A stretch of 46,544 nt of DNA from a virus (IMGVR_UViG_2851955134_000005), one strand, 5' to 3'. Positions 1 to 9,033 are shown, counted from the first letter of the stretch. Notes: generated by a model from the sequence alone, not told the origin. Numbers and translations are program-made.

Positions 1-276
1 TTACCGACTGCGGCCTGAGTTTTTTAAATGGCGGAAAATCGTGTTGAGGCCAACGCCCATAATGCGGGCGGTTGCCCGGCATCCAACGCCATTCATGGCC
101 ATATCAATGATTTTCTGGTGCGTACCGGGTTGAGAAGCGGTGTAAGTGAACTGCAGTTGCCATGTTTTACGGCAGTGAGAGCAGAGATAGCGCTGATGTC
201 CGGCAGTGCTTTTGCCGTTACGCACCACCCCGTCAGTAGCTGAACAGGAGGGACAGCTGATAGAAACAGAAGCCAC
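1..276 (-). CDS. insA: IS1 InsA transposition regulator (91 aa)
   Basis: Translation [39 protein letters not shown]... is the canonical IS1 InsA with its zinc-finger CxxC motifs. Confidence 0.9.
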   Translation of the reverse strand: MASVSISCPSCSATDGVVRNGKSTAGHQRYLCSHCRKTWQLQFTYTASQPGTHQKIIDMAMNGVGCRATARIMGVGLNTIFRHLKNSGRSR

Positions 277-331
277 TGGAGCACCTCAAAAACACCATCA
301 TACACTAAATCAGTAAGTTGGCAGCATCACC
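1..331 (-). mobile_element. IS1 insertion sequence, partial (left end with insA; element continues beyond window start)
   Basis: Reverse complement of 269-331 matches the IS1 terminal inverted repeat GGTGATGCTGCCAACTTACTGAT...; complete insA ORF inside. Confidence 0.9.
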
Positions 332-1274
332 TTCAAATCAATTCGATAATGAAGATGCAATCAAAGATAAATTAGATAATAGAGGTTCAATCAAAGGTAA
401 ATTAAATAATATATATGGTAAATCTATTGATTATGCAGCGCTGCGTCATCGGGATATAATTATTGCAAAAATAGATTTGTTTATTCAAAGAATCACTCAT
501 AATTTATGGCATGCACGTAAAAAAAATGTGTTTTTAATTGAGCAAATAACTAATCTCAAAGAGTGGGTTAATAAGTATATTGCAGATTGCACTGATGAGG
601 AATTAAACGATCGTGACTTTATTGCATCAGTTGTTGACCGGGCTATTTTTCATTTCGCGGTTAATAGTATATGTAATACTGAGGGTAATAAAGATGCAAC
701 GCCCATAGAACGATATACTTTTGATGTAGAAACCAAGAATGGCCTTCCCTCCACGGTTCAGCTATTTTATGAGGAATCTAAAGATAATGAACCTTTAGCG
801 AATATACATTTGCAAGCAATAGGTTCTGGTTTTTTAACGTTTGTTAATGCATGTCAGAAATATGATGACAACAGCTTAAAATTATTCGCTTCGCTGTTGA
901 TTTCACTTTCATACTCTAGTGCCTACACAGATTTAGCAGGAGCAGAAAAAGTGAATATTAATGATCATAATGGGAACTATCTGACAGCTCAGTTTGAAGA
1001 GTTATCTCAACGTGATATGAAGAAGTACCTGGGAGAAATGAAGCGTCTGGCAGATGGGGGAGAAATGAATTTTGATGGCTATCTGGATAAGATGTCACAT
1101 CTGGTGAATGAAGGAACGCTCGCCCCTGATATTTTAAGCAAAATGCGAGATGCTGCACCGAAATTAATTGACTTTGCTAAGTCGTTTGACCCAAACTCAA
1201 AGGAAAAGATTAAAATATATACAGGTACTTCTAAATTAATTTATGATTTATTCGGGGTTAAATCGGAGAAATAA
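332..1274 (+). pseudogene. IS1-truncated ORF of unknown function (3' portion of an AT-rich gene)
   Basis: Frame is open from the IS1 junction with no Met for over 200 codons; AT-rich; strong terminator follows. Confidence 0.45.
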
Positions 1275-1312
1275 TATGTGAAGTTCTTCGATGGTATGAA
1301 AGGTATTACATA

Positions 1313-1346
1313 AAAGAACCCAATGCTTATTGGGTTCTTTTTTCTC
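1313..1346 (+). terminator. rho-independent terminator after the truncated ORF
   Basis: Hairpin AAGAACCCAA-tgcttat-TGGGTTCTT followed by a T-run. Confidence 0.6.
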
Positions 1347-1634
1347 TATCAGTGCTATTAGCAGGGAGAGATATCACCGGAGTTTAATGTGTGATTTTTA
1401 TTTATCGTCGAATCTGTATTGTTTATCATTGCTTTTCACAACGCTAACATCTAATAAGATTAGATCTTCACTTCGTGAGAGCTTCATGCCTTGAGAGGAT
1501 CTCATTTTTCTTTTGCAATGAGACAGGCGCTTCCTGTTGTTATGGTATAGTACCCCGTTATTGAGCCTCCTGAACAGTGATGCTGAATAACATAACTCCA
1601 TGATATATCGATAAAATAATCTCTACATTTGAAA

Positions 1635-1757
1635 ATGCACGGTAATTCTGAAATGCAAAAAATCAACCAAACCAGCGCAATGCCTGAAAAAACTGACGTT
1701 CACTGGAGTGGTCGGTTTAGCGTTGCACCAATGCTCGATAGGATGTACCGTTTTTGA
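1635..1757 (+). pseudogene. dusA: displaced original 5' end of dusA (first 35 codons, then out-of-frame stop) at attL
   Basis: Encodes [35 protein letters not shown] then RMYRF-stop; homologous to the dusA 5' end at 45131-45233. Confidence 0.8.
1731..1738 (+). other. attL crossover region candidate (ATGCTCGA, last shared bases before homology breaks)
   Basis: Identity between the two dusA 5' copies ends at ATGCTCGA here and at 45226-45233. Confidence 0.45.
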
Positions 1758-1992
1758 AAAACAACTAGTTATACACTTTGTGGGAGCCTATTGGGAACCT
1801 GTTATTCTTAGAAAGCATCATTTGCTCATCACTTCAATTGACCATGATTAAAGCCAGCTATAAACTTGACAAACAAGGTAACTAGTTGCTTAGGCCTAAG
1901 TGGGCACACCATAAGAAGCTCATGTTGGTGATGAAGCAACCCATGAAGTATCGAGAATAATTACAAAGTTCACTATCTTTGAGGTTTCTTAT

Positions 1993-2565
1993 ATGTTTTG
2001 CGAAGAAAAAGTAGCTCAAATGGCTGCATACCTACTTCTTAAGCGAGGTGGGCGCATGGCATATCTGAAATTGATGAAGCTGCTCTATCTGTCTAACCGC
2101 AAGTCGATTTTGAAGCATGGCAGGATGATCGGCGAAGATAGCCTTTACTCTATGAAATTTGGTCCAGTCATGTCGAATACGCTGAACTTGATTCGTGGTA
2201 AGGCTGAAGGTATTGGTGACTACTGGTACAACCTGATAGAGACGAACGGGCATGATGTGTTGTTGCGTTCAGATCCGAGGGAAATGGATGCAGACGAGGT
2301 CTTTGATGAGTTGAGCCGTGCAGATATCCGGATTTTAGATGAAATCTATTCTCTGTATGGGCATATGAACCGATTTGATCTCGCAAACATGACGCATTTA
2401 GAAAGCGTTTGTCCAGAGTGGCACAATCCTGGCAATTCTCGTAAGCCTATAGACCTGAAAGAAATGCTGATCAGTGAGGGTAAAAGCGAGGATGAGGCTA
2501 ATCGTATAATTGGCAAAATGGAAGAATCTCAGAAACTTAAGGAATTTTCTTTGCAATTATCATGA
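1993..2565 (+). CDS. Panacea (DUF4065)-like domain protein, putative PanA/SocA-type antitoxin
   Basis: 190 aa; motif KLMKLLYL...FGPV resembles the DUF4065 core KLQKLLYY...GPV; RBS GAGG 8 nt upstream; stop overlaps next start (ATGA). Confidence 0.55.
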   Translation: MFCEEKVAQMAAYLLLKRGGRMAYLKLMKLLYLSNRKSILKHGRMIGEDSLYSMKFGPVMSNTLNLIRGKAEGIGDYWYNLIETNGHDVLLRSDPREMDADEVFDELSRADIRILDEIYSLYGHMNRFDLANMTHLESVCPEWHNPGNSRKPIDLKEMLISEGKSEDEANRIIGKMEESQKLKEFSLQLS

Positions 2566-2981
2566 CGGATTATCAGCCATACAGGAAAGGAACTGTGCTT
2601 GCCCCAACTGGGCCATGCAATCATCTTCATGTGATTTGTAATGATCCTGTTTATTACCCCGTTAACGATTGTTATTGTGTTTTAGTTGTTAATATTTCTA
2701 GTATCAAGGATGGTGTCCCCCACGATCCGTCTTGCGTCTTGAATTCTGGTGATCATCGCTTTATCAAGCATCCAAGTTATGTTGTTTACGCTGAAGCTAT
2801 AATTTGGCGAGTGGATAACATGGTTAGAAAGCAGCGATCGGGTGAGATTTCCGTTCATGATGATATGCCAGAAGCTACATTCAATAGAATTCTGGACGGT
2901 TTTGATATATCTGATGAAGTTACGCCAAAGAACCTTAAATTTAAAAATAAATATTGCGTATCATCTATTGATGATGAGTAA
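2562..2981 (+). CDS. hypothetical 139-aa Cys/His-rich protein, translationally coupled to the Panacea-like gene; candidate toxin/effector
   Basis: ATGA overlap with upstream stop; no recognisable family by eye. Confidence 0.5.
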   Translation: MTDYQPYRKGTVLAPTGPCNHLHVICNDPVYYPVNDCYCVLVVNISSIKDGVPHDPSCVLNSGDHRFIKHPSYVVYAEAIIWRVDNMVRKQRSGEISVHDDMPEATFNRILDGFDISDEVTPKNLKFKNKYCVSSIDDE

Positions 2982-3020
2982 ACAACAGGAATTGTTTCGG
3001 TATAGCTTCTGGAGTTTTCT

Positions 3021-3194
3021 ATGGAAGATCAAAAAGCAACCAAGCCACAGGTTAAGTTCGACACAATGAAAGCATTCGCAGGTATGGGTGCTGCTGTTGA
3101 AGTTCTGATGAAGGCTGCTCCTAATGCGTTCACTCACGCTACTGTCTCTGGTAAAGAGCAGCAGGGTAAGCTTCGTCGTCGCAAAGCAGCATGA
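3021..3194 (+). CDS. small hypothetical protein (57 aa, below ORF-track cutoff)
   Basis: ATG at 3021 preceded by GGAG; translation MEDQKATKPQVKFDTMKAFAGMGAAVEVLMKAAPNAFTHATVSGKEQQGKLRRRKAA; terminator directly downstream. Confidence 0.3.
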   Translation: MEDQKATKPQVKFDTMKAFAGMGAAVEVLMKAAPNAFTHATVSGKEQQGKLRRRKAA

Positions 3195-3212
3195 TCATAG
3201 CTGGTGCTTTTT

Positions 3213-3240
3213 GAAAACCCGCCTTTAGGCGGGTTTTTTC
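3213..3240. terminator. bidirectional rho-independent terminator
   Basis: A-run, CCCGCC-ttta-GGCGGG, T-run; sits between convergent genes ending at 3194 and 3242. Confidence 0.7.
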
Positions 3241-3241
3241 T

Positions 3242-3523
3242 TTAGTGATGTTCTTTGCCCTTCTGTTTGCCTGTTCTGACCTGTTCCCACTCGATACGTC
3301 CTTCTTCTCGTCTTTTGTCTATGTATTCCGCAAGATCCTGAATATTGATGCAACGTTTTGCTTTTTGTGATGTACCGATGCGATATGTAGGTACAGGCAA
3401 CTTACAAGCGTTTGCTTTTGCTTCTGCTGTGGCTGGACTCATACCAAAGTATTTTTGACTAACTGCTGAGAGTTCAATGTTTGGGGTATTGAATTCAGCC
3501 ATCAGTAAAAACAAGGTGTTCAT
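3242..3523 (-). CDS. small DNA-binding protein, PrtN/AlpA-like; probable excisionase or regulator
   Basis: 93 aa; last gene of the leftward early operon, next to the att-proximal cargo. Confidence 0.5.
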   Translation of the reverse strand: MNTLFLLMAEFNTPNIELSAVSQKYFGMSPATAEAKANACKLPVPTYRIGTSQKAKRCINIQDLAEYIDKRREEGRIEWEQVRTGKQKGKEHH

Positions 3524-3559
3524 AATTTACTCCATCAAAACCGGCTGCACCCGGGAAAA

Positions 3560-4132
3560 TCATAATTCTGTGCTGGTGGCAGGAATTAATTTCTGCCAGA
3601 TAGCGGAAACATATTTTGCCTGATGACGGGCATCAGCCAGGGCGTTGTGCCGTTCGCCATCGAAAGGCATGTCCATTTTGGGGTCGAATCCGATGGAACG
3701 CCCAAGCGTAACGATCGTGCGTACATCGTGGTCATTCCAGTACGCCCACGGGCAGATTTGTCCTGCTCGCTCGTAAGCTCCACGTAAAATTACGTTGTCG
3801 AAGGTGGCCCCGTTACCCCAGACTTTTAAATATTTCGTATTGGCTGCGTGCCGGTTAATGAAATGATTTAGTTCTGAGAGAGCATCGCTGATCGACAAAG
3901 TATCATCAATACAGATTGCAGCTCGTGCTTCAGGGCTTTGTTTCAACCACCACAGGATGGTATCGCCGTCAGGTGTAGCTCCTTGCCCCATAGCACTTTC
4001 CAGGCTAACAACCGTATAGAATTCTTGTCCGATGTCTCCGGTTTCTGGAGTGAAGAACACCGCGCCAATGGAAACGATCGGTGCATCCTTATTTTTCCCC
4101 ATCGTCTCAAGGTCGATCATTAAGTTATTCAT
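3560..4132 (-). CDS. DEDD-family 3'-5' exonuclease
   Basis: N-terminal MIDLETMG acidic motif and C-terminal H...ALADA motif typical of DnaQ-like exonucleases. Confidence 0.7.
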   Translation of the reverse strand: MNNLMIDLETMGKNKDAPIVSIGAVFFTPETGDIGQEFYTVVSLESAMGQGATPDGDTILWWLKQSPEARAAICIDDTLSISDALSELNHFINRHAANTKYLKVWGNGATFDNVILRGAYERAGQICPWAYWNDHDVRTIVTLGRSIGFDPKMDMPFDGERHNALADARHQAKYVSAIWQKLIPATSTEL

Positions 4133-4944
4133 TACTTCACCTCCTGCGGCGGTTCCGGTAGCGGCATCCAGTGGGTTACTTTCAATGCCGGTTCTTCCCC
4201 ATCGTCAGTAACTGCCCACCATTTGTTTCTCGAACAATCGTAATACCCTTCGAAGGTATCGCACTCAGTCCAGCCGTAAGACTTACCCCAACACCAAACA
4301 TATTGTTTATCGTTCGGCATTCGCTCACTACAGCTTATCCAACCATCCGGAGTTACCGGATAGTTGCGCATTGCGACCTTTAATGCCTCATAGAAGCAAC
4401 CTTTCAGATTGTTGAACTGACGCCCATTAAGAGGACCGTGTTCAGTAAGCATGTTGTGTAATTTCCATGCCGCGTCGTTTACTTCGTTGGATGACAGGGG
4501 AGGCAACTTGTAAGTTTGGCTTACAGGTTCGGCACCATGAAGCATGGCGGCACGACAGGCGTTCCAGCCTCTCACCTCTGCAATAGCGGCAACAGCATCG
4601 ACCGCGTACATTTTAAGAGGGTTAGGCATTGGTTTTTCTTCAGGTACTACTGGAATGGGTGGGGCGGCGTAGACCTCAATAATTCCATTATCAATAGGCC
4701 ATTCTCCATCCTTGAGGTAGTCACTTGTGCCGTCAACTTGCTGTTCTGCAATGTGGAATGCACCTATTGGTTTTGCCTCAAGCGAGGCCAGTGCAATTCG
4801 TGCCAGTTCTAGATCTCGTTCAACCATCTCAAGAACAACTTTGCAGTCCGCACCTTCTTTGCTAACACGTCCTTTCAAGTTTTCCAGATAACTAACGCTT
4901 TCGCGTGCATGGGAGATTAACTGTTCTTTGGTAAAGGTGGTCAT
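4132..4944 (-). CDS. DUF551-containing phage protein
   Basis: Trp-rich C-terminus ending VTHWMPLPEPP, typical of DUF551. Confidence 0.65.
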   Translation of the reverse strand: MTTFTKEQLISHARESVSYLENLKGRVSKEGADCKVVLEMVERDLELARIALASLEAKPIGAFHIAEQQVDGTSDYLKDGEWPIDNGIIEVYAAPPIPVVPEEKPMPNPLKMYAVDAVAAIAEVRGWNACRAAMLHGAEPVSQTYKLPPLSSNEVNDAAWKLHNMLTEHGPLNGRQFNNLKGCFYEALKVAMRNYPVTPDGWISCSERMPNDKQYVWCWGKSYGWTECDTFEGYYDCSRNKWWAVTDDGEEPALKVTHWMPLPEPPQEVK

Positions 4945-4953
4945 TGATAGCCT

Positions 4954-5142
4954 CTACTTATATTTTGGGGTTCGATCACACATAAGGAATCCAGTCACGT
5001 ATGAGTAAGCACAATCCCACTTATCCCCCTTGCTGATAGCAACTCCTTCACTTAATCCACGGTTATAGCCAGCACTCTCACCGATGCAAATGCCGCCAAA
5101 ACCAAAAACAAATGCGATAACAATGGTGTAAAGTTGTCTCAT
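4954..5142 (-). CDS. small hydrophobic protein (62 aa), candidate Kil-like membrane peptide
   Basis: Exactly fills the gap between neighbouring genes; hydrophobic N-terminal segment IVIAFVFGFGGICIG. Confidence 0.45.
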   Translation of the reverse strand: MRQLYTIVIAFVFGFGGICIGESAGYNRGLSEGVAISKGDKWDCAYSYVTGFLMCDRTPKYK

Positions 5143-5621
5143 GCCTTCTCCTGCTGGCTAATAACTTCGTGTTCTCTACTGCTCTCCAACACTGATACAG
5201 CCTGGAAAGCCTCTTTAAGCACCCAGTCAACCGCGTCTTTCCATGCTCCGGTTTCGACTGGCGGATTTTCACGCTTAACCTGTTCATAGAAGCGCACTGC
5301 TTTAACCAGTCCATCAGGTAGCAGTGGCGCTGGCGGAGTGGTATAAAGTTTTCGACATTTGTTTATCCAACCGGCATGGTCAGGCGTGTCTGTAAAGCGC
5401 AAATCGTCTTCGTAGCCCTCACGACTACGTTCTTTCCATTCCGTCCACGGAACACCGCTATTCCAGGTGGGGCGAGTGCAGGACTGATACAGAACAGGTT
5501 CTGCTTCCAGCGATGCCAGTGCAATTTCATAAGCACGGCGCTCAATATCGTCTCGAACCTCCAGGCTGCTGATACGCTCTTTGATTTCTTTAATCAGTTC
5601 TTTATCGGTAAATGTGGTCAT
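5139..5621 (-). CDS. hypothetical early protein (160 aa)
   Basis: N-terminus MTTFTDKELI...IALASLEAEP resembles that of the 4132-4944 protein. Confidence 0.55.
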   Translation of the reverse strand: MTTFTDKELIKEIKERISSLEVRDDIERRAYEIALASLEAEPVLYQSCTRPTWNSGVPWTEWKERSREGYEDDLRFTDTPDHAGWINKCRKLYTTPPAPLLPDGLVKAVRFYEQVKRENPPVETGAWKDAVDWVLKEAFQAVSVLESSREHEVISQQEKA

Positions 5622-5983
5622 TATGCTCCAGCCTCCGGTGCTTTTGGCATTACTGCCCAGTGAGTGATATTGACGCTTTCAATGTCCCCGACCTGAAATG
5701 TCCACTGCCATTCTCCGGTTTCTTTTTGTCCCCAGGTGTACCAGAGAGAACGCCAGCCAATCAGCCAGCCTTCTCCGTTAGCATCAAATAACAGAACACT
5801 TTCATTTGCTGGTGGTAGTTCAGCTGACACTGGTATTATTTTGTTTTCCAGTGCCGCACATTTAGCTTCAAGCGCATCGAATTTACGTACCAGGTACTCA
5901 GCATTTGTTTCGTTCACTTTCAGATCTCGCGGTACACATTTCCCGCGAAGAAACCCTTCCATTTCGAAAACATTCATGCGCAT
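5621..5983 (-). CDS. DUF551 protein, YfdS-like (120 aa)
   Basis: C-terminus ITHWAVMPKAP; same length as CPS-53 YfdS. Confidence 0.6.
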   Translation of the reverse strand: MRMNVFEMEGFLRGKCVPRDLKVNETNAEYLVRKFDALEAKCAALENKIIPVSAELPPANESVLLFDANGEGWLIGWRSLWYTWGQKETGEWQWTFQVGDIESVNITHWAVMPKAPEAGA

Positions 5984-6510
5984 TTGCGTAACTCCGATAA
6001 CTCGTTAAAACGTTCCATAAACATCCCGTAGGCATGGCCTGGAGCCAGTGGAATCACTTTGAACATCTCTGTTGCCGGGATACCTTCCAATACAGGCCAG
6101 AAAGAGCCATCATCAAGTCCGAGATCGCGGCGTTCGGTTGCCAGCATGATGAGATCGGCATATTTCACTGGCGTGCTCATAACAGGAGGTAACCCGTATT
6201 TCTCACGGATTACGGCGTCTATTTTTTCTTCCATCCGTTTATAGTCAGGAAGAAGGCGTTTCAGTGGTGCGGGGATGTCCTGGCAATACGCTTCTGTTGC
6301 ATCATGCATTAACGCTTCAAAAGCAAATTCCTGCGGCACCAGCTGGCTGCAAAGCACCGCATGCTGGGCGACACTGTAGAAGTGTGAAAGATGTCCTGCA
6401 AAGCGACAGATATTTGAAAGGGAAACCGCGATATCGTTAATCACGATGTCGTCTTTATTTATCTTGTCATAATAAAAATGCTTCCCGGAAAAAGTTTTAA
6501 TAAATGACAT
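5974..6510 (-). CDS. HD-domain phosphohydrolase, YfdR-like (178 aa from internal Met with RBS)
   Basis: H...HD motif (FAGHLSH...LMHDATEAY); GGAG RBS before the MSFIKTF start. Confidence 0.7.
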   Translation of the reverse strand: MSFIKTFSGKHFYYDKINKDDIVINDIAVSLSNICRFAGHLSHFYSVAQHAVLCSQLVPQEFAFEALMHDATEAYCQDIPAPLKRLLPDYKRMEEKIDAVIREKYGLPPVMSTPVKYADLIMLATERRDLGLDDGSFWPVLEGIPATEMFKVIPLAPGHAYGMFMERFNELSELRKCA

Positions 6511-6637
6511 TTTGTTCTCCACGTATATGCGCTGCACCGCGCTGAATTCGGGTAAAAGGAAGCCCTCGCCATCAGGCGATTGTTGAGTCAATTACGTTTC
6601 CATAAATGCCCCCGCAGGGGCATTTGCAGCAATGAAA

Positions 6638-7462
6638 TCAGGCGGTGAAAGTACCAATAAAGGTTTCTACTTTGCTGTCTTTGAATTTCTCAACAAGCAG
6701 ATCACGAAATTCGTTAGCCATTTCTTCCTGGACTGCTTCCAGCTGAATAATGCGCAGAACCAGTACAGGACGATCGCCAGTGATAATGCTGAGGCGTAAT
6801 TTAAACGGACGTTCTTTCAGACCTTCAAACGGAACGCATTTAAATTCAAATGCCACTGGCATAATATCTTTGGTCTTCGCTTCGACAGACTCCATCAGGG
6901 AGCGTTTTCCGCTGAAGTCATTATCTTCAAAATCAGCGGTCTGGTTTGCTTCAATCGTGATTTTACGGACAGCCGCAGCCGCTTTTGTTGCCTGAATAGC
7001 GTCACCATTAGCATCAAAGCCTACAAGGTAGTCGGCCCAGTCTTCAATCCATTCTGCCAGTGACTTCTGGGAGTTACGCTCGCCGTTAACAGACAACAGA
7101 GCAGAGAACGGTGCTGTCTTTTTCAGTTTGAGAGTGGCGGTGTTATCTGCGTGACCTGGTTCATCAATAGTACCCAGGTTAAGCACACTGACGGCACGCA
7201 TATTATCAGCATCGATAAAGCAGCGGGTGCCTTCATCTGCAAGATCTTTAGAATAACGGGTAAAGTCATCGATGCTGGCAGTGGAAAGCGCACCACGGAA
7301 ACGGAAGCGATTTAAATTAAATTTTTCCAGATCATGAATGCGGAAGTTCTCAGGCAATGCCACAGCATCGGCACCAATCTTACTGATAATTTCATTAACA
7401 CCCTGAGCAGAAATAAGGGCATGGATTTGATTAATTGCGGTTGCGTCTAAGTTCTGAGACAT
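6638..7462 (-). CDS. YfdQ-like phage protein (274 aa)
   Basis: Length and position match the CPS-53 yfdP-yfdQ-yfdR-yfdS block. Confidence 0.55.
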   Translation of the reverse strand: MSQNLDATAINQIHALISAQGVNEIISKIGADAVALPENFRIHDLEKFNLNRFRFRGALSTASIDDFTRYSKDLADEGTRCFIDADNMRAVSVLNLGTIDEPGHADNTATLKLKKTAPFSALLSVNGERNSQKSLAEWIEDWADYLVGFDANGDAIQATKAAAAVRKITIEANQTADFEDNDFSGKRSLMESVEAKTKDIMPVAFEFKCVPFEGLKERPFKLRLSIITGDRPVLVLRIIQLEAVQEEMANEFRDLLVEKFKDSKVETFIGTFTA

Positions 7463-7527
7463 AATAAGTCCTCACTATATAAAGATATTCAGTGATGAGA
7501 TAAATAATCAGTTAATTAAGAACGATA

Positions 7528-7890
7528 TTAATGACCTGCTGCGCGGAGTTTTCCGTCAGGTTCACCGGCAAGAGTCAGTAATTGTCCCTGGTCTTCCTGC
7601 AGAATAGTCAGGCGACCACCGCGATTGACATACATCGGCGTTTCGGTGGTGTCTTCTTCAGAAATTTTCCCGCGGTTAGTCGGGCGAACATATGAGAGTT
7701 TGTGTTTGATTTTCACACGGTTCTCATCAAACGGTTCGATTTCCAGGTTGAGCGAGACCTTACCTTTGGTTTTCGTGTTCATCACACCGGAAGCGACTTC
7801 ACTGAGAACAGCGCCGATTTTGGTTTCAAATACACCGCCGTCCAGCTCCCCGATAAATGCCTGCACATCAGTACTGCGTTCGCTAGCCAT
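7528..7890 (-). CDS. YfdP-like phage protein (120 aa; start MASERS with GAGGAG RBS)
   Basis: Track ORF is N-terminally over-extended; internal Met with strong RBS gives 120 aa. Confidence 0.55.
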   Translation of the reverse strand: MASERSTDVQAFIGELDGGVFETKIGAVLSEVASGVMNTKTKGKVSLNLEIEPFDENRVKIKHKLSYVRPTNRGKISEEDTTETPMYVNRGGRLTILQEDQGQLLTLAGEPDGKLRAAGH

Positions 7891-8351
7891 TTTGCTGCTC
7901 CTCATCATATCGACCCTGCAAGGTCGGTTGGTTTCTCCACAAAACAGAGAAGAACACCTGCGGTGGCAGCCGCCCGGATGGATTGGGTTATGAGCCCGTC
8001 GTCCGGTGATGCTCTTCTCTGTTTTGTAAAAAGAGCGGTACCAGCCGGAAGCAAGTGTACAAACTGGTACCGCCAAAGCAGTGGCTGTTGTGGTGCCGGG
8101 TGCCTCCCGGTGCCTGGCGAAGGTTGCACACCAGGCGGGTGGGTATCCACAGAAGGTCGACTGTCAGCCTCAACCTTAACCCGCGTGCGCTGAGCCGCAT
8201 TCACCACAACGCTAAGGATTCTCTCTGGTTGAAAATACTTAGCTGTTATGTGCCTGCTTTTAGCCACATCAGGCGAGGTGGACCTGGTTATTCCCCAACA
8301 ACAAGGATTCGGTTAATCTTGATACCCCCAATAACATGGTGATTATTTAAG

Positions 8352-8855
8352 ATGGACAAATTTGATAGAAGTGCACAAAGGCAGTTGTTACAAATACTGT
8401 ATGATGCTCATCCTTATGAAATTTCTGATGATGCGTTGCAGTCTGTTCGTGACGCATTTGGAGATGATAATGTCCTAATTTCGAACTTAATTTATCTCGA
8501 AGAACATGGCTTGATTAAGAATGCTCTTGATTATTACTTGGATGGCATAAATATAAATATTCCTGAATTAAGAATTACTAAAGATGGAATTGATTTCATT
8601 CGTGATGATGGAGGTCTTAAAGCTATTCTTGGGATTATGACAATAAGATTGCATGATGAGACTCTCTGTGAACTTGAACGTATCATCAATAGTTCTACTT
8701 CTGCCACGACTGAAGATAAGAAGAAATTACTTTCTCAGCTTCGAACGCTTCCTGCCGACGCCATAAAACAGCTGACGATTCGATTACTTGGTCAGGGGCT
8801 TGACCATCTGCCGGACGTATTTCACGTAATTCAAAAAGCCCTCCATTCTCTGTAA
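8352..8855 (+). CDS. hypothetical 167-aa protein, AT-rich moron beside the immunity region
   Basis: Coherent helical-looking translation; low GC versus flanks; own terminator at 9034-9058; convergent with cI. Confidence 0.5.
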   Translation: MDKFDRSAQRQLLQILYDAHPYEISDDALQSVRDAFGDDNVLISNLIYLEEHGLIKNALDYYLDGININIPELRITKDGIDFIRDDGGLKAILGIMTIRLHDETLCELERIINSSTSATTEDKKKLLSQLRTLPADAIKQLTIRLLGQGLDHLPDVFHVIQKALHSL

Positions 8856-9033
8856 ATTCTGATTCTGGTCGGATTAGACAGAATCGTCCCCATCCGATCT
8901 GCTTACTAAGTAGAATCCAGAATTCGTCTTGTTGGTTGGTGCTGATAAAAAATCCATTAGGATGAACGTAAGCACAGAATATGACCATAGAACCCTCTTT
9001 TGTTACGGGGATACCAGGATTGTTAAAGAGCGA

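Noticed and set aside
28-305. Plus-strand ORFs 28-243 and minus-strand ORF 93-305 inside IS1
   Set aside because: They overlap the well-defined insA gene in other frames or strands; typical spurious frames in an IS element.
1398-1601. 67-aa minus-strand ORF upstream of the dusA remnant
   Set aside because: No RBS, odd composition, and it lies in what should be the native dusA promoter region.
7528-8076. Long 182-aa version of the YfdP-like ORF
   Set aside because: The N-terminal extension is Cys/Arg-rich junk; an internal Met with GAGGAG RBS gives a 120-aa protein.
7625-8342. Several overlapping ORFs (7625-7993, 7702-8193, 7905-8267, 7988-8200, 8055-8342)
   Set aside because: Mutually overlapping Pro/Arg-rich translations typical of GC-rich non-coding sequence; the region is treated as a candidate structured RNA instead.
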